From: an uncultured Gemmatimonadales bacterium
GTDB lineage: Bacteria > Gemmatimonadota > Gemmatimonadetes > Gemmatimonadales > GWC2-71-9
NCBI GenBank assembly: GCA_963730185.1
Contig: CAVSQW010000015.1
Span: 352,001 to 416,000, forward strand
Length of the DNA stretch: 64,000 bases
Direction of reading: 5' to 3'
This document shows positions 40,784-50,597 of the stretch, piece by piece (position 1 is the first letter of the stretch; each line of letters opens with the position of its first letter). The notes beneath the pieces are model-generated. The model did no database searches. It had not been told where the DNA came from and worked only from the letters and a program-made list of their open reading frames with translations. The translations under genes were made by a program, and so were the position numbers.

Positions 40784-40811
40784 AGAATTGTAGGCAGAAT
40801 TGTATCCAGAA
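40784..40811 (+). promoter_or_regulatory. 12-bp tandem repeat operator upstream of susC4
   Basis: AGAATTGTAGGC AGAATTGTATCC AGAA. Confidence 0.6.
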
Positions 40812-40858
40812 CCCCGAACGAAAATCTGCTGTTCTGTTACCCTCGCACGGAGGACGTC

Positions 40859-43800
40859 ATGGTCCACCAAGTCGTGCGGGCTGGGCGACGGTTACTTGCG
40901 CTTGCCGCGGTCGCGGCGCTCGCGGGTTTCGCCCCTCCCGTGGCAGCCCAGACGGGTTCGGTCTCCGGTACGATCCTCGATTCGAAGACGGGGCGTCCCC
41001 TGGCTGATGCTCGGGTCTTGGTCGAAGGCACCAACCTCAGCGCTCGGAGCGGGACGCGAGGTGAGTTCCGGATCGCCGGCGTCTCCGGCGCCGCCGTGCA
41101 CCTCTCGGTGACCCGGATCGGCTATCAGCCGAAGGCGCTCGACGCCACGGTCGACGGTCAGCCGCTCCGGATCGAGCTGGACGAGTTGGTGGTCAAGCTC
41201 GACGAACTGGTGGTCACGGGCACCGCCGGTGAGGCGCAGAAGCGGACTCTCGGCAACGCGATCGGGCAGGTGGACGTGGCCAGCACCCTCGCGATTGCGG
41301 GGCCGCCGGCCAAGATCCAGGATCTGCTCTCGGTCAACGTGCCGGGCGTCCGGATCGTGCGCTCGAGCGGATCGGTGGGAACGGGTGGGGTGACGCGGAT
41401 CCGCGGCGCGGGCTCGCTCAGCCTGTCCAACGAACCCTTGATCTACGTCGACGGGGTGCGGGTGAACAACACCGCGGCCGTGAACTCCGTGGCCTTCCAG
41501 GGCTACGACAGTCCGTCGCGAGTCAACGACCTCAATCCCGAGGAGATCGAGTCGATCGAGGTCCTGAAGGGCCCGTCGGCGGCGACGATCTACGGGACCG
41601 AGGCCTCGAACGGGGTGATCCAGATCATCACCAAGCGGGGGCGGGCCGGCCGGCCTACCTTCGACGTACATCTCGAGGGCGGCGCCAACTGGATCGCCAA
41701 CCCCGAAGGGCGGTATCCGTCGAACTACTACATCGCCCGGGACGGGTCGGTGCAGGAGTTCAACGTCCTCAAGTTCAACGAGGCGAACGGATTCGGGTCG
41801 CCGTTCCGGACCGGCAAGCCGGTGACCGTGGGCGCCAGTCTGAGCGGCGGGAGCGACCAGCTCCGCTACTACTTCTCGACCGATTTCAACCGGGACGAGG
41901 GCCCGGTGACCTACAACTGGCAGGATAAGTTCTCCGGCCGGGCCAACGTCACCTACTCCACGCCGGACAGCAAGTTCAAGGTCGACCTCAGCATGGGCGC
42001 GGTCCGCTCCAAGACCCAGGCGTCCGGCTATCAGCCGATTACGACCTCGATCCTCTGGGCCTGCAACTTTCCCGGCTGCGAGCCCAGCGCGAGCGACCCG
42101 ACCCATACCGGATACAATGACGCCGGTCACGGCTATCAGTTCTATCGGCCGGAGGACTATGCGGAAGCCGCCGCCTTCGACAACGTCGATCGGACGACCT
42201 TCAGCCTCCAGTTCAGCCATCGTCCCTTCAACTGGCTTCGCCAGCGCCTGACCATCGGGCCCGACTTCGTCAACAACAAGTCGACCCACCTGGTCGATCG
42301 CCATGCCGATGCCCGGCGGCCGTTCTTCACCGCCAGCAACGGACTTCGCGAGGCGATGCAGAACCGCTCGACCTTCGTGACGGTCGACTACGGCGCGTCG
42401 GCCGACGCGACCCTGGTCGGCGGGAAGCTGGTGGCGACCACCTCGGCGGGCGCCCAGTACTACTACAAGCAGTTCGACACGGTCTACGGGTCGGGCTCCA
42501 ACTTCGCGATTCCGGGTCCGGCCGACATCAGCGGCGGCTCGACGATCACGGCCCAGGAGACCTTCCTCGAGAACAAGAACTTCGGCGTGTACGGCCAGGA
42601 GCAGCTGGCCTGGAAGAACCGGGTCTTCCTGACCGGCGCCCTGCGGGCCGACGACAACAGCGCCTTCGGCGCCAACTTCAACGCGGTCTACTACCCCAAG
42701 GTCAGCTTCTCGTGGGTGGCCTCGGACGAGCCCTTCCTAGCCGGCTCGAAGTTCCTTTCGCAGCTCAAGTTCCGCGGGGCCTGGGGCCGGGCCGGGCTCC
42801 AGCCGGACGTGTTCTTCGCGATCCAGACCTACGCCCCTAAGATCGGGACGGGCGGGCAGGGTGGGGTGACCCCGCAGAACCTCGGCAATCCGGACCTCAA
42901 GCCCGAGGTGGGCGAGGAGGTCGAGGTCGGCTTCGACGCCGGCTTCTTCAACGGGCGGGCCGGGATCGAGTTCACGTTCTACAACAAGGACACCAAGGAC
43001 GCGATCCTCTCGCTGCCGCTCAAGCCGTCGCGCGGCTTCCCCGGCAGCCAGTTCGTCAACATCGGCAAGGTCCGGAACAAGGGGATCGAGATCGCACTCG
43101 ACGGGACCCCGGTGAACAAGCGGTCGTGGGGGCTCGATCTCCGCGGCACCTTCGCCACCAACGACGTGACGATCCTCGACATGGGCGGCACGCCGCCGGC
43201 CTTCGTGGGCGGCTCGTTCATTCAGCAGTTCAACGTCCAGGGCTTTGCCCCGGCCTCGTTCTTCTACAAGACGGTCGTGAGCTCCACGGTGCAGCCGATC
43301 GACATTGGGGTTCCCCTCCCGGTTGGCTTCGACCCGATGTGCGAGGGCGGGACGGACCTCGGGGCGGGCGATGGCTCGGTGGTGCCCTGCGCCGACGCAC
43401 CCCGGATCTATCGCGGTCGGCCCACGCCGAAGTGGAACGGCAGCTTCAGCGCCCAGCTCCGGATCGGCCAGCGGCTCCGGCTCCTCGGGCTGGTCGACTA
43501 TGTCGGCGGTCACACGGTCGACGTCGGCGACGTGGGCGCGATTCACGCCTTCTTCCTGAGCTCGAAGCAGGTGCTCGAGGGCAAGGACCAGGTGCTCGCC
43601 GGCTACATGGGGCTCCAGTTCCTCTACGGCGACGCGAACCCACCGGGTTCGCTCGGACTCTTCAACGCCGGGTTCGCGAAGCTCCGGACCGTCTCGGCCA
43701 CCTACGACGTGCCCGACGGGATCGCGCACTGGCTCGGTGCGACGCGCGGCTCGATCACCCTGGCGGCCGAGAACATGGTGACGCTCTGGCGGGCTCAGAA

Positions 43801-43939
43801 GACCTCCTACGGGGTCGAGTGGATCGATGCGGAGATCGCGCCGAACTACTCGACCAACGCGCAGGGCCTCGACGGCTACATCCAGGAGTCCTGGCCCCAG
43901 CTGGCCCGGATCCGAACCACCATCCGCTTCACGTTCTGA
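40859..43939 (+). CDS. susC: SusC/RagA family TonB-dependent transporter (4)
   Basis: Same plug motifs; clear paralogue of susC3. Confidence 0.95.
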   Translation: MVHQVVRAGRRLLALAAVAALAGFAPPVAAQTGSVSGTILDSKTGRPLADARVLVEGTNLSARSGTRGEFRIAGVSGAAVHLSVTRIGYQPKALDATVDGQPLRIELDELVVKLDELVVTGTAGEAQKRTLGNAIGQVDVASTLAIAGPPAKIQDLLSVNVPGVRIVRSSGSVGTGGVTRIRGAGSLSLSNEPLIYVDGVRVNNTAAVNSVAFQGYDSPSRVNDLNPEEIESIEVLKGPSAATIYGTEASNGVIQIITKRGRAGRPTFDVHLEGGANWIANPEGRYPSNYYIARDGSVQEFNVLKFNEANGFGSPFRTGKPVTVGASLSGGSDQLRYYFSTDFNRDEGPVTYNWQDKFSGRANVTYSTPDSKFKVDLSMGAVRSKTQASGYQPITTSILWACNFPGCEPSASDPTHTGYNDAGHGYQFYRPEDYAEAAAFDNVDRTTFSLQFSHRPFNWLRQRLTIGPDFVNNKSTHLVDRHADARRPFFTASNGLREAMQNRSTFVTVDYGASADATLVGGKLVATTSAGAQYYYKQFDTVYGSGSNFAIPGPADISGGSTITAQETFLENKNFGVYGQEQLAWKNRVFLTGALRADDNSAFGANFNAVYYPKVSFSWVASDEPFLAGSKFLSQLKFRGAWGRAGLQPDVFFAIQTYAPKIGTGGQGGVTPQNLGNPDLKPEVGEEVEVGFDAGFFNGRAGIEFTFYNKDTKDAILSLPLKPSRGFPGSQFVNIGKVRNKGIEIALDGTPVNKRSWGLDLRGTFATNDVTILDMGGTPPAFVGGSFIQQFNVQGFAPASFFYKTVVSSTVQPIDIGVPLPVGFDPMCEGGTDLGAGDGSVVPCADAPRIYRGRPTPKWNGSFSAQLRIGQRLRLLGLVDYVGGHTVDVGDVGAIHAFFLSSKQVLEGKDQVLAGYMGLQFLYGDANPPGSLGLFNAGFAKLRTVSATYDVPDGIAHWLGATRGSITLAAENMVTLWRAQKTSYGVEWIDAEIAPNYSTNAQGLDGYIQESWPQLARIRTTIRFTF

Positions 43940-43953
43940 CGGAGACGACGGAC

Positions 43954-45237
43954 ATGCCAACTACGAGAACGATCCCGTTCTTCCCGGCGCGGCGGGTGCG
44001 CCGGGTGGTAACCGGCGTCCTGGGCCTGGCGGCGATCGTCGCCCTCGGCGCTTGCAGCAACCTGCTGGACGTGCAGTATCCCGGCCGGATTCCCAGCGGG
44101 CAGCTGAACGACCCGAGCCTGGCCGACGTTCTGGCCAGGAGCGTGGTCAGCGACCTCGAATGCGCGTACAGCAACTACACCGGTGGCTCCTCGGTCCAGT
44201 CCGACGAATACGAGACGGCCAACTCCAACGTCCCGCTCGCCAACTGGGGGGAGCGGACGATCTCGGCCGACGAGGACGCCTACGTCGTCGGTGACTGTGA
44301 GAACGCCTTCGGGATCCAGCTCACGATCCAGACGGCGCGGTATCAGGCGGAGAACGTCTATCAGCAGCTGTCGACCTGGACGGACGCGGAGGTGGCCAAC
44401 CGGACCCAGATGATGGCGATGGTTCGGGCGTACGGCGCGTACGCGTACACGTTCATGGGCGAGACCTGGTGCAAAGTCTCCTTCGACGGCGCTGCGCCGC
44501 AGGACCCCTCGGCGGCCCTGACGATCGCGGCCACCGAGTTCGGCGAGGCGATGACGCTCGGCGGGCAGGCGGGCGACCAGGACCTCGTCAACATGGCGAA
44601 GGTTGGTCTCGCCCGGGTCCAGCTCGACCAGAAGGACTGGGCCGCGGCGGCGGCCACGGCAGCTCAGGTCCCGGTCGGCTACGAGAAGTACGCCGACCGC
44701 GGGTCGGAGAACACCCGCCGGTACAACGACGTGTACTACTACGCCACCCAGCTGGGCGCGTACGTGATCTCGAACGACTACCGGGCGCTGTCGCTCGACG
44801 ACCCCCGCTACATGGTCCGCAACACCCACACCCCGGCATTCAATCCGATCGACAAGTGGGTGACCGACAAGTACTCCGGCACCGACTCGCCGATTCGGCT
44901 GGCGAGCTACGCCGAGGCTCAGCTGATTCAGGCCGAGGCGCTGGTGCAGCAGGGCCAGATTCAACCGGCGATGGACATCTTGAACGTCCGCCGGAGCGCG
45001 CTGGGCCTCGCCGACCTCACGGCCGCGGACCAGGCCGAGGGACTTGCCAACGTGATTGCCGAGCGCCGGGCCGAGCTGGCGTTCGAAGGGGGCCACCGCC
45101 TCAACGACCTGCTCCGCTACCACCTGCCCTGGAAGGGAGCCAACGGCTCTACCCAGGTGGCGAATCCCTTCTCGGCCCGGCCCTACGGCCAGACCACCTG
45201 TTGGCCGCTCCCGACCAAGGAGACCAACGGCGCGTGA
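43954..45237 (+). CDS. susD: SusD/RagB-like lipoprotein (4)
   Basis: ATG 43954; lipobox LGAC; 'ERRAELAFEGGHRLNDLLRY'; paralogue of susD3. Confidence 0.9.
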   Translation: MPTTRTIPFFPARRVRRVVTGVLGLAAIVALGACSNLLDVQYPGRIPSGQLNDPSLADVLARSVVSDLECAYSNYTGGSSVQSDEYETANSNVPLANWGERTISADEDAYVVGDCENAFGIQLTIQTARYQAENVYQQLSTWTDAEVANRTQMMAMVRAYGAYAYTFMGETWCKVSFDGAAPQDPSAALTIAATEFGEAMTLGGQAGDQDLVNMAKVGLARVQLDQKDWAAAAATAAQVPVGYEKYADRGSENTRRYNDVYYYATQLGAYVISNDYRALSLDDPRYMVRNTHTPAFNPIDKWVTDKYSGTDSPIRLASYAEAQLIQAEALVQQGQIQPAMDILNVRRSALGLADLTAADQAEGLANVIAERRAELAFEGGHRLNDLLRYHLPWKGANGSTQVANPFSARPYGQTTCWPLPTKETNGA

Positions 45238-45265
45238 GACCCTCGATGGGCAGGGTCGCTTGACC

Positions 45266-45306
45266 GGGCGGGGGAGTCGAGCGGGTTCGGCTCCCCCGAC
45301 CCTTTT
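45266..45306 (+). terminator. Intrinsic terminator after susD4
   Basis: CGGGGGAGTCGA / TCGGCTCCCCCG followed by ACCCTTTT. Confidence 0.7.
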
Positions 45307-45373
45307 CGTGAGAACCCGCCTCGCGCCCGGCGACCCGGCCGGGGGCTGGACCCTTTCGTCAGGAAATCCGCTG

Positions 45374-48300
45374 ATGTCTTTTCGTCGGACGTTGCTGCTT
45401 TCGCTCCTCGTGACGGGGAGCGTTTCCGTACTACCGATCCAGGCCCAGCACGTCTCGGCCGACTGGGACGTGACCCAACCCCGGGGGAAGACCCGGGACA
45501 TCGACTTCACCGTCTCCGAGGGGACCTGGATGTCCATGGACATCACCCCGGACGGCCAGTCGATCGTGTTCGATCTGCTGGGCCACATCTATCGAATGCC
45601 CGCCGCGGGCGGGACGGCCGAGTCGCTGACCCAGGGAAGCGGGATCGCGATGAACTTCGAGCCCCGGATCTCGCCGGACGGGAAGCGGATCGCGTTCATC
45701 TCCGACCGGGGCGGGCAGAACAACCTCTGGGTGATGGACATCGACGGCGGGAATCCGACCGCGGTGTATCTCGACCCTGGCGCGAGAATCGAGTTCCCGA
45801 TGTGGTCGGCCGACGGGGAATACGTCTTCGCTCTCAACCGGCACGGGCTGGTGGCGCGGTCGATCTGGATGTGGAGCCGTCACGGCGGTCAGGGGGTCGA
45901 GGTCGTGAAGTCGGCGCCGGGGCGGGCGCCGGGGCGGTTCACCGTCTCGGCCGACGGTCGCTACCTCTACTACGAGATCTACACCGGCACCTTCACCGGC
46001 GAGTTCGGGAAGGATGATCTGCTCAAGGGCACGATGCAGCTGGTCCGGCGCGATCTCGAGACCGGCGAGGACCGGGCCATCACGGCCGGAATGTCCTCCC
46101 AGCAGGATCGGGGCACCAGCGGGAGCGCCTACGCGCCCGAGGTGAGTCCCGACGGCCGGTTCCTGGCCTTCGTCCGGAGGATTCCGGACGGGACCTTCTC
46201 CTGGAAGGGACACCAGTTCGGCCCTCGGTCGGCTCTTTGGATCCGGGACCTCGAGTCCGGCTCCGAGCGGCTCCTGATGGATCCGGTGGAGCTCGATATG
46301 GCCGAGGAGGGGATTCCGCTCGACGGCAGCTATCCCGGCTACCGCTGGGTGCAGGACGGGAAGAGCATCCTGCTGATCCAGGGCGGGAAGATCCGCCGGG
46401 TAAACGTGATCACGGGTGAGGTGGCCACGGTGCCGTTCACGGCCCGGGTGCACCGGGTGATCTCGGAGCAGGCCTGGACCCGGACCAAGCTGAGCGACGG
46501 TCCGGTGGACGTGAGGTTCACCCGGTGGGCCCAGGCGTCTCCCGACGGCCGGCGGGCGGTCTTCGGGGCGGTGGGGCGGATCTGGGTCATGGACTTGCCC
46601 AACGGCACCCCGCGCCGGCTCACGCCGGAGAGCTTCGGGCCGATGGAGTACGGACCGGCCTGGTCGCCGGACGGGCGATGGGTGGCGTTCGTGAGCGTCG
46701 ACGACGCTCACGAGGGACAGGTCTGGCGGGTACCGGCGGAGGGCGGCGCGCCGGTCCAGGTGACGAAGACCGAGGGCGAGTACGTGAACCCGGTGGTGAG
46801 CCCCGATGGGCAGACGATCGTGGCGCTCCGGGGGTCGGGCGCCACGCTCCGGCAGCGGACGCTCTCCCGGACCACTTGGTACGACCTGGTCCGGATTCCC
46901 GCGTCGGGCGGCGACGGCGTCGCCTTCGGCCAGATCGGGGGGGCGACGGGCGTCGACCTTCCCAACTTCACCCAGCCGCCTCGGCCGAGCTTCGGGCCGG
47001 ACGGGCGGGTGTTCTACACGACGATGGCGACCACGCCCAATCCGGCCGATCCCTTCCATCCCATCACGGTCGGTGTCCTCAACTCCGTCCGCCTCGACGG
47101 CGAGGACCACCAGGTGCACGTCAAGGCGGAGTTCTCCGACGACGTGACCCCGTCGCCGGACGGGAAATGGGTGGCCTTCGCCCAGGCTGGGGACCTGTTC
47201 CTGGCGCCGATGCCGTATCGCCGCACCAGCGGCGAGCTGCCCCAGATCAGCAAGAGCGGAGGCGCCCTCGCGGTGACCCGGCTCACCACGCTGGGTGGCT
47301 TCCATCCTCACTGGCGGGACGCCACCACGCTCGACTACGGCAGCGCGGCTCATCTCTATACCCATTCCGTGACCACCGGCCGGACCGACACGGTCGCCAT
47401 CCGGCTCGAGGTGCCCCGGGCGATTCCCCAGGGCTCGATCGCGCTCACCGGAGCGCGGATCATCACCCTCGAGAACAAGCAGGTGATCAACCGGGGGACG
47501 GTGGTGGTGCGCGGTGGGCGGATCGTCTGCGTGGGCTCGTGCAGCACCAAGGGCGTGGACCGGGTGATCAACGCCTCCGGCAAGACGATCATCCCCGGAT
47601 GGGTCGACATGCACGCGCATCATCATCGCGAGCATTCGGGGATGATGCCCGCCCACAACTACGAGACCGCCATCTACCTCGCCTACGGCGTCACCACGAC
47701 GCTCGACCCGGCGGCCTGGTCGCCGGAGACGTTCACCAGCGCCGAGATGGTGGAGGCGGGCACGATGATCGGCCCCCGAATCTTCTCGACCGCCGAGAAC
47801 ATCACCGACGGCGACGGGACCGGCACCAACGACATTGCCAGCCTCGACGTGGCCATCGCCGAGGCGAGGCGGCGGAAGGCGTGGGGCGCCACGACCCTGA
47901 AGCAGTACCTCCAGCCGACCCGGACCCAGCGGCAGTGGGTGGTCGAGGCCGGCCGGGAGGTGGGGCTGATGGTCACCTCGGAGGGGAGCATCGACCTCAA
48001 CCACAAGCTCTCGATGGCCATGGACGGCCACACCGGGTTCGAGCACGCCACGGCGCTCCTGCCGATGTACGGCGACGTGACCACCTTCCTGGGCAAGGCC
48101 CACACGGTCAACTCGTACACGGCCCTGGTCGGCGGGCCGGGGCCTTGGAACGAGGAGTACTGGTGGCAGGAGAGCGACATCTGGAAGGAGCCGAAAGCGC
48201 AGCGCTGGCTGCCCTGGCGCCAGCTGATTCCTCACAGCCGGAGCCACATGCAGCGACCGGTCACCGACTATCCGCTCGGGATGATGGCCCAGGTGATCGC

Positions 48301-48703
48301 CGACATCATCCAGGCCGGCGGGTACGGCGCGATCGGCTCGCACGGACAGGAGCACGGCATCGGGTCGCACTGGGACGCGTGGATCGCGGCCATGGCTATG
48401 GACAACATGAGCGTGCTCGAGATGGCCAGCCTGCACGGGGCCCGGTTCCTCGGCATGGAGGAGGACCTGGGGTCGATCAAGGTGGGGAAGATCGCCGATC
48501 TGGTGGTCCTCGATGCCAACCCCCTCACCAACATCCGGAACACGGCCGACATTCGGTACGTGATGAAAGCGGGCACCCTGTACGACGCGAGCTCGCTGGA
48601 CGAGCTCTGGCCGGTGGCGAAGCCGTATGGCGATCACTTCTGGGTGACGCCGGAAGCCTATCGATCGGATGATCGACCCGTGACCTATTGGGACAAGAGG
48701 TAG
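45374..48703 (+). CDS. Secreted TolB-like (PD40) beta-propeller + amidohydrolase fusion
   Basis: ATG 45374, signal peptide; many 'SPDG' repeats; 'PGWVDMHAH', 'GFEH', 'GSHGQEHG', 'GSIKVGKIADL'. Confidence 0.92.
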   Translation: MSFRRTLLLSLLVTGSVSVLPIQAQHVSADWDVTQPRGKTRDIDFTVSEGTWMSMDITPDGQSIVFDLLGHIYRMPAAGGTAESLTQGSGIAMNFEPRISPDGKRIAFISDRGGQNNLWVMDIDGGNPTAVYLDPGARIEFPMWSADGEYVFALNRHGLVARSIWMWSRHGGQGVEVVKSAPGRAPGRFTVSADGRYLYYEIYTGTFTGEFGKDDLLKGTMQLVRRDLETGEDRAITAGMSSQQDRGTSGSAYAPEVSPDGRFLAFVRRIPDGTFSWKGHQFGPRSALWIRDLESGSERLLMDPVELDMAEEGIPLDGSYPGYRWVQDGKSILLIQGGKIRRVNVITGEVATVPFTARVHRVISEQAWTRTKLSDGPVDVRFTRWAQASPDGRRAVFGAVGRIWVMDLPNGTPRRLTPESFGPMEYGPAWSPDGRWVAFVSVDDAHEGQVWRVPAEGGAPVQVTKTEGEYVNPVVSPDGQTIVALRGSGATLRQRTLSRTTWYDLVRIPASGGDGVAFGQIGGATGVDLPNFTQPPRPSFGPDGRVFYTTMATTPNPADPFHPITVGVLNSVRLDGEDHQVHVKAEFSDDVTPSPDGKWVAFAQAGDLFLAPMPYRRTSGELPQISKSGGALAVTRLTTLGGFHPHWRDATTLDYGSAAHLYTHSVTTGRTDTVAIRLEVPRAIPQGSIALTGARIITLENKQVINRGTVVVRGGRIVCVGSCSTKGVDRVINASGKTIIPGWVDMHAHHHREHSGMMPAHNYETAIYLAYGVTTTLDPAAWSPETFTSAEMVEAGTMIGPRIFSTAENITDGDGTGTNDIASLDVAIAEARRRKAWGATTLKQYLQPTRTQRQWVVEAGREVGLMVTSEGSIDLNHKLSMAMDGHTGFEHATALLPMYGDVTTFLGKAHTVNSYTALVGGPGPWNEEYWWQESDIWKEPKAQRWLPWRQLIPHSRSHMQRPVTDYPLGMMAQVIADIIQAGGYGAIGSHGQEHGIGSHWDAWIAAMAMDNMSVLEMASLHGARFLGMEEDLGSIKVGKIADLVVLDANPLTNIRNTADIRYVMKAGTLYDASSLDELWPVAKPYGDHFWVTPEAYRSDDRPVTYWDKR

Positions 48704-48890
48704 GCGGGACGAGGGACGATGGGGCGGGAGGGGAGGGAGGGGGAGGGAGAGGGGGCGCAGGGAGGAGAGGCTTGCTATGGGCCGGGGCGCCGCGAACCGC
48801 GTCTCTTCGATCCCTCCCCGGCCCCCACCCCCCCCACCCCATCCCTCCCCATCCCTCCCTACCCCCAGAGTTGCCCCCCCCCGCCAACCC
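48704..48890. repeat. G-rich then C-rich low-complexity tract
   Basis: GGGAGGGAGGGAGGGGGAGGG... and CCCCATCCCTCCCCATCCCTCCCTACCCCC. Confidence 0.6.
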
Positions 48891-49048
48891 GGCGAAGATA
48901 GGGCGGTCAGCGTGCGGGGGCGGCCGGTCGGCCGGGCGGCTCCCGACAGGTTCGGCAGGCCGAAGCCTGCTCCGCGGTGCCGAAATCCGGCGGCCGGGGC
49001 GGCGGACGGGAGCGACGTGAGAGATCATCGGGACGCCTCGGTGCGTCC

Positions 49049-50542
49049 GTGAAGCGAGAGCGGCAGAAGCGGACGGGCTGGGGGCGGGCGATAGCGATGG
49101 GCGGGTTGGTGGCTCTGGCGGGCGGTTGCCGGCATGCGGGGGTCGAGCAGGCCACCGTCGTCATCAGGAACGTGACGGTCATCGATGGGACCGATGCCGG
49201 GCCCCGGGCCAACCTGTCGGTCGCGATTCAGGACGACCGGATCGTGGCTGTCGGCCCGGCCGACGAGATCCCGGCGGCGGGCACGGCGGCGACGATCGAC
49301 GGCACGGGTAAGTTCCTGATTCCCGGGCTCGCCGACCTGCACGTGCACCTGATGGGCTACGGCGAGCACGCGCTCCCGCTCTTCCTGGCCAACGGCGTGA
49401 CCACGATCCGGGACATGGGCGGGTCGTTCCGCCTGGCCGGCTGGGCTCGTCAGGAAGTGCATTACGGCCGTCTGATCGGGCCCGAGGTGCTGGTCTCCGG
49501 GCCTCGCCTGAGCGCCCCGGCGGCGGCCCGGGCCGGGTCGGAGGTGCTGGGACGCGACGGCATGGTGGCCGTGGGCGACTCGGCGGACGCGGTGCGGGTG
49601 GTGGACAGCCTGGCTTCGCTGCACGTGGATCAGCTGTCGATCGGCCCGCTGCTGTCGGCGGCGGCCTACCACGCGACCATCCGCGAGGCGGAACGACGAG
49701 GTCTCCCGGTGGTGGGGCCGATCCCGGACGCTCTCACGGCCTCGGCGGTGATCGAGGCGGGCCAGTGGACGATCGAGAGTGATCTCGGGCTGGCGCTCGA
49801 GGGCTCGTCCCAGGCCGACCGTTTGGACTCGCTGCTCCGGGTCCGGGTGGCCGCCGCGCTGGCCCGGGGACGGGGCCGGCGGGCCATCGCGACCGCGGCG
49901 GCGCTCCGGCGGGAGATCGCGGACTCGGCCAGGCGGTCGTACGACCTGAATCGGGCCAACGAGTTCGCCCGGCAGGCCGCCCGGACCCGGGTGTGGTTCG
50001 ACCCGACGCTGGCCCTGATCGAGGCCGGCTTGCGACGGCACGAAGGGGCGATCCGGTATCCGCCGGAGCTCCAGTACGCTCCCTGGGCGGCCCGTGAGCT
50101 GGCCGGCGACTTTCCGGTCGAGGCCACCCCCGGTGACGTGGGCTCGGGCAAGGAGCGGTTCCGGGCTGTCCTGACCACCTTCGCCGCGCTGGTGAGCGCG
50201 AAGGCGCGCTTCGTGGCCGGAAGCGGCACGCCGGCCCCGCCCCTGGTGCCCGGCTTCAGCCTCCATCACGAGCTGGAGCTGCTGGTGGAGATGGGGCTCA
50301 CACCGCTCCAGGCGCTGCAGGCCGCGACCCGGAACGCCGCCGAGGCCACCGGGCGCCTGGACCAGGTGGGAACGATCGAACGGGGCCGGCGGGCGGACCT
50401 GGTGCTGCTCGACGCCGATCCCTTGGTGGACATCCGAAACACCCGGCGGGTGAACACCGTCATCGTCGCCGGTCGCTTGCTCGACCGGGCCACGCTGGAT
50501 CGGATGCTGGCGGACGCCCGGGTGTACGCTGAACAGCGATAG
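49049..50542 (+). CDS. Amidohydrolase-fold probable lipoprotein with degenerate active site
   Basis: 'LAGGC'; 'PGLADLHVH', 'GVTTIRDMG', 'PGFSLHHEL', 'ADLVLLDADPL'; start codon uncertain. Confidence 0.85.
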   Translation: MKRERQKRTGWGRAIAMGGLVALAGGCRHAGVEQATVVIRNVTVIDGTDAGPRANLSVAIQDDRIVAVGPADEIPAAGTAATIDGTGKFLIPGLADLHVHLMGYGEHALPLFLANGVTTIRDMGGSFRLAGWARQEVHYGRLIGPEVLVSGPRLSAPAAARAGSEVLGRDGMVAVGDSADAVRVVDSLASLHVDQLSIGPLLSAAAYHATIREAERRGLPVVGPIPDALTASAVIEAGQWTIESDLGLALEGSSQADRLDSLLRVRVAAALARGRGRRAIATAAALRREIADSARRSYDLNRANEFARQAARTRVWFDPTLALIEAGLRRHEGAIRYPPELQYAPWAARELAGDFPVEATPGDVGSGKERFRAVLTTFAALVSAKARFVAGSGTPAPPLVPGFSLHHELELLVEMGLTPLQALQAATRNAAEATGRLDQVGTIERGRRADLVLLDADPLVDIRNTRRVNTVIVAGRLLDRATLDRMLADARVYAEQR

Positions 50543-50597
50543 TACGGGGGCCGGCTCCGGCCCCGAGGTGTTTTTCCAACTGCTGAACGAGGTACTC

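Noticed and set aside
20380..48637. Very long antisense ORFs (e.g. 20380-23655, 45431-48637)
   Set aside because: Stop-poor shadows of high-GC genes, with no motifs of their own
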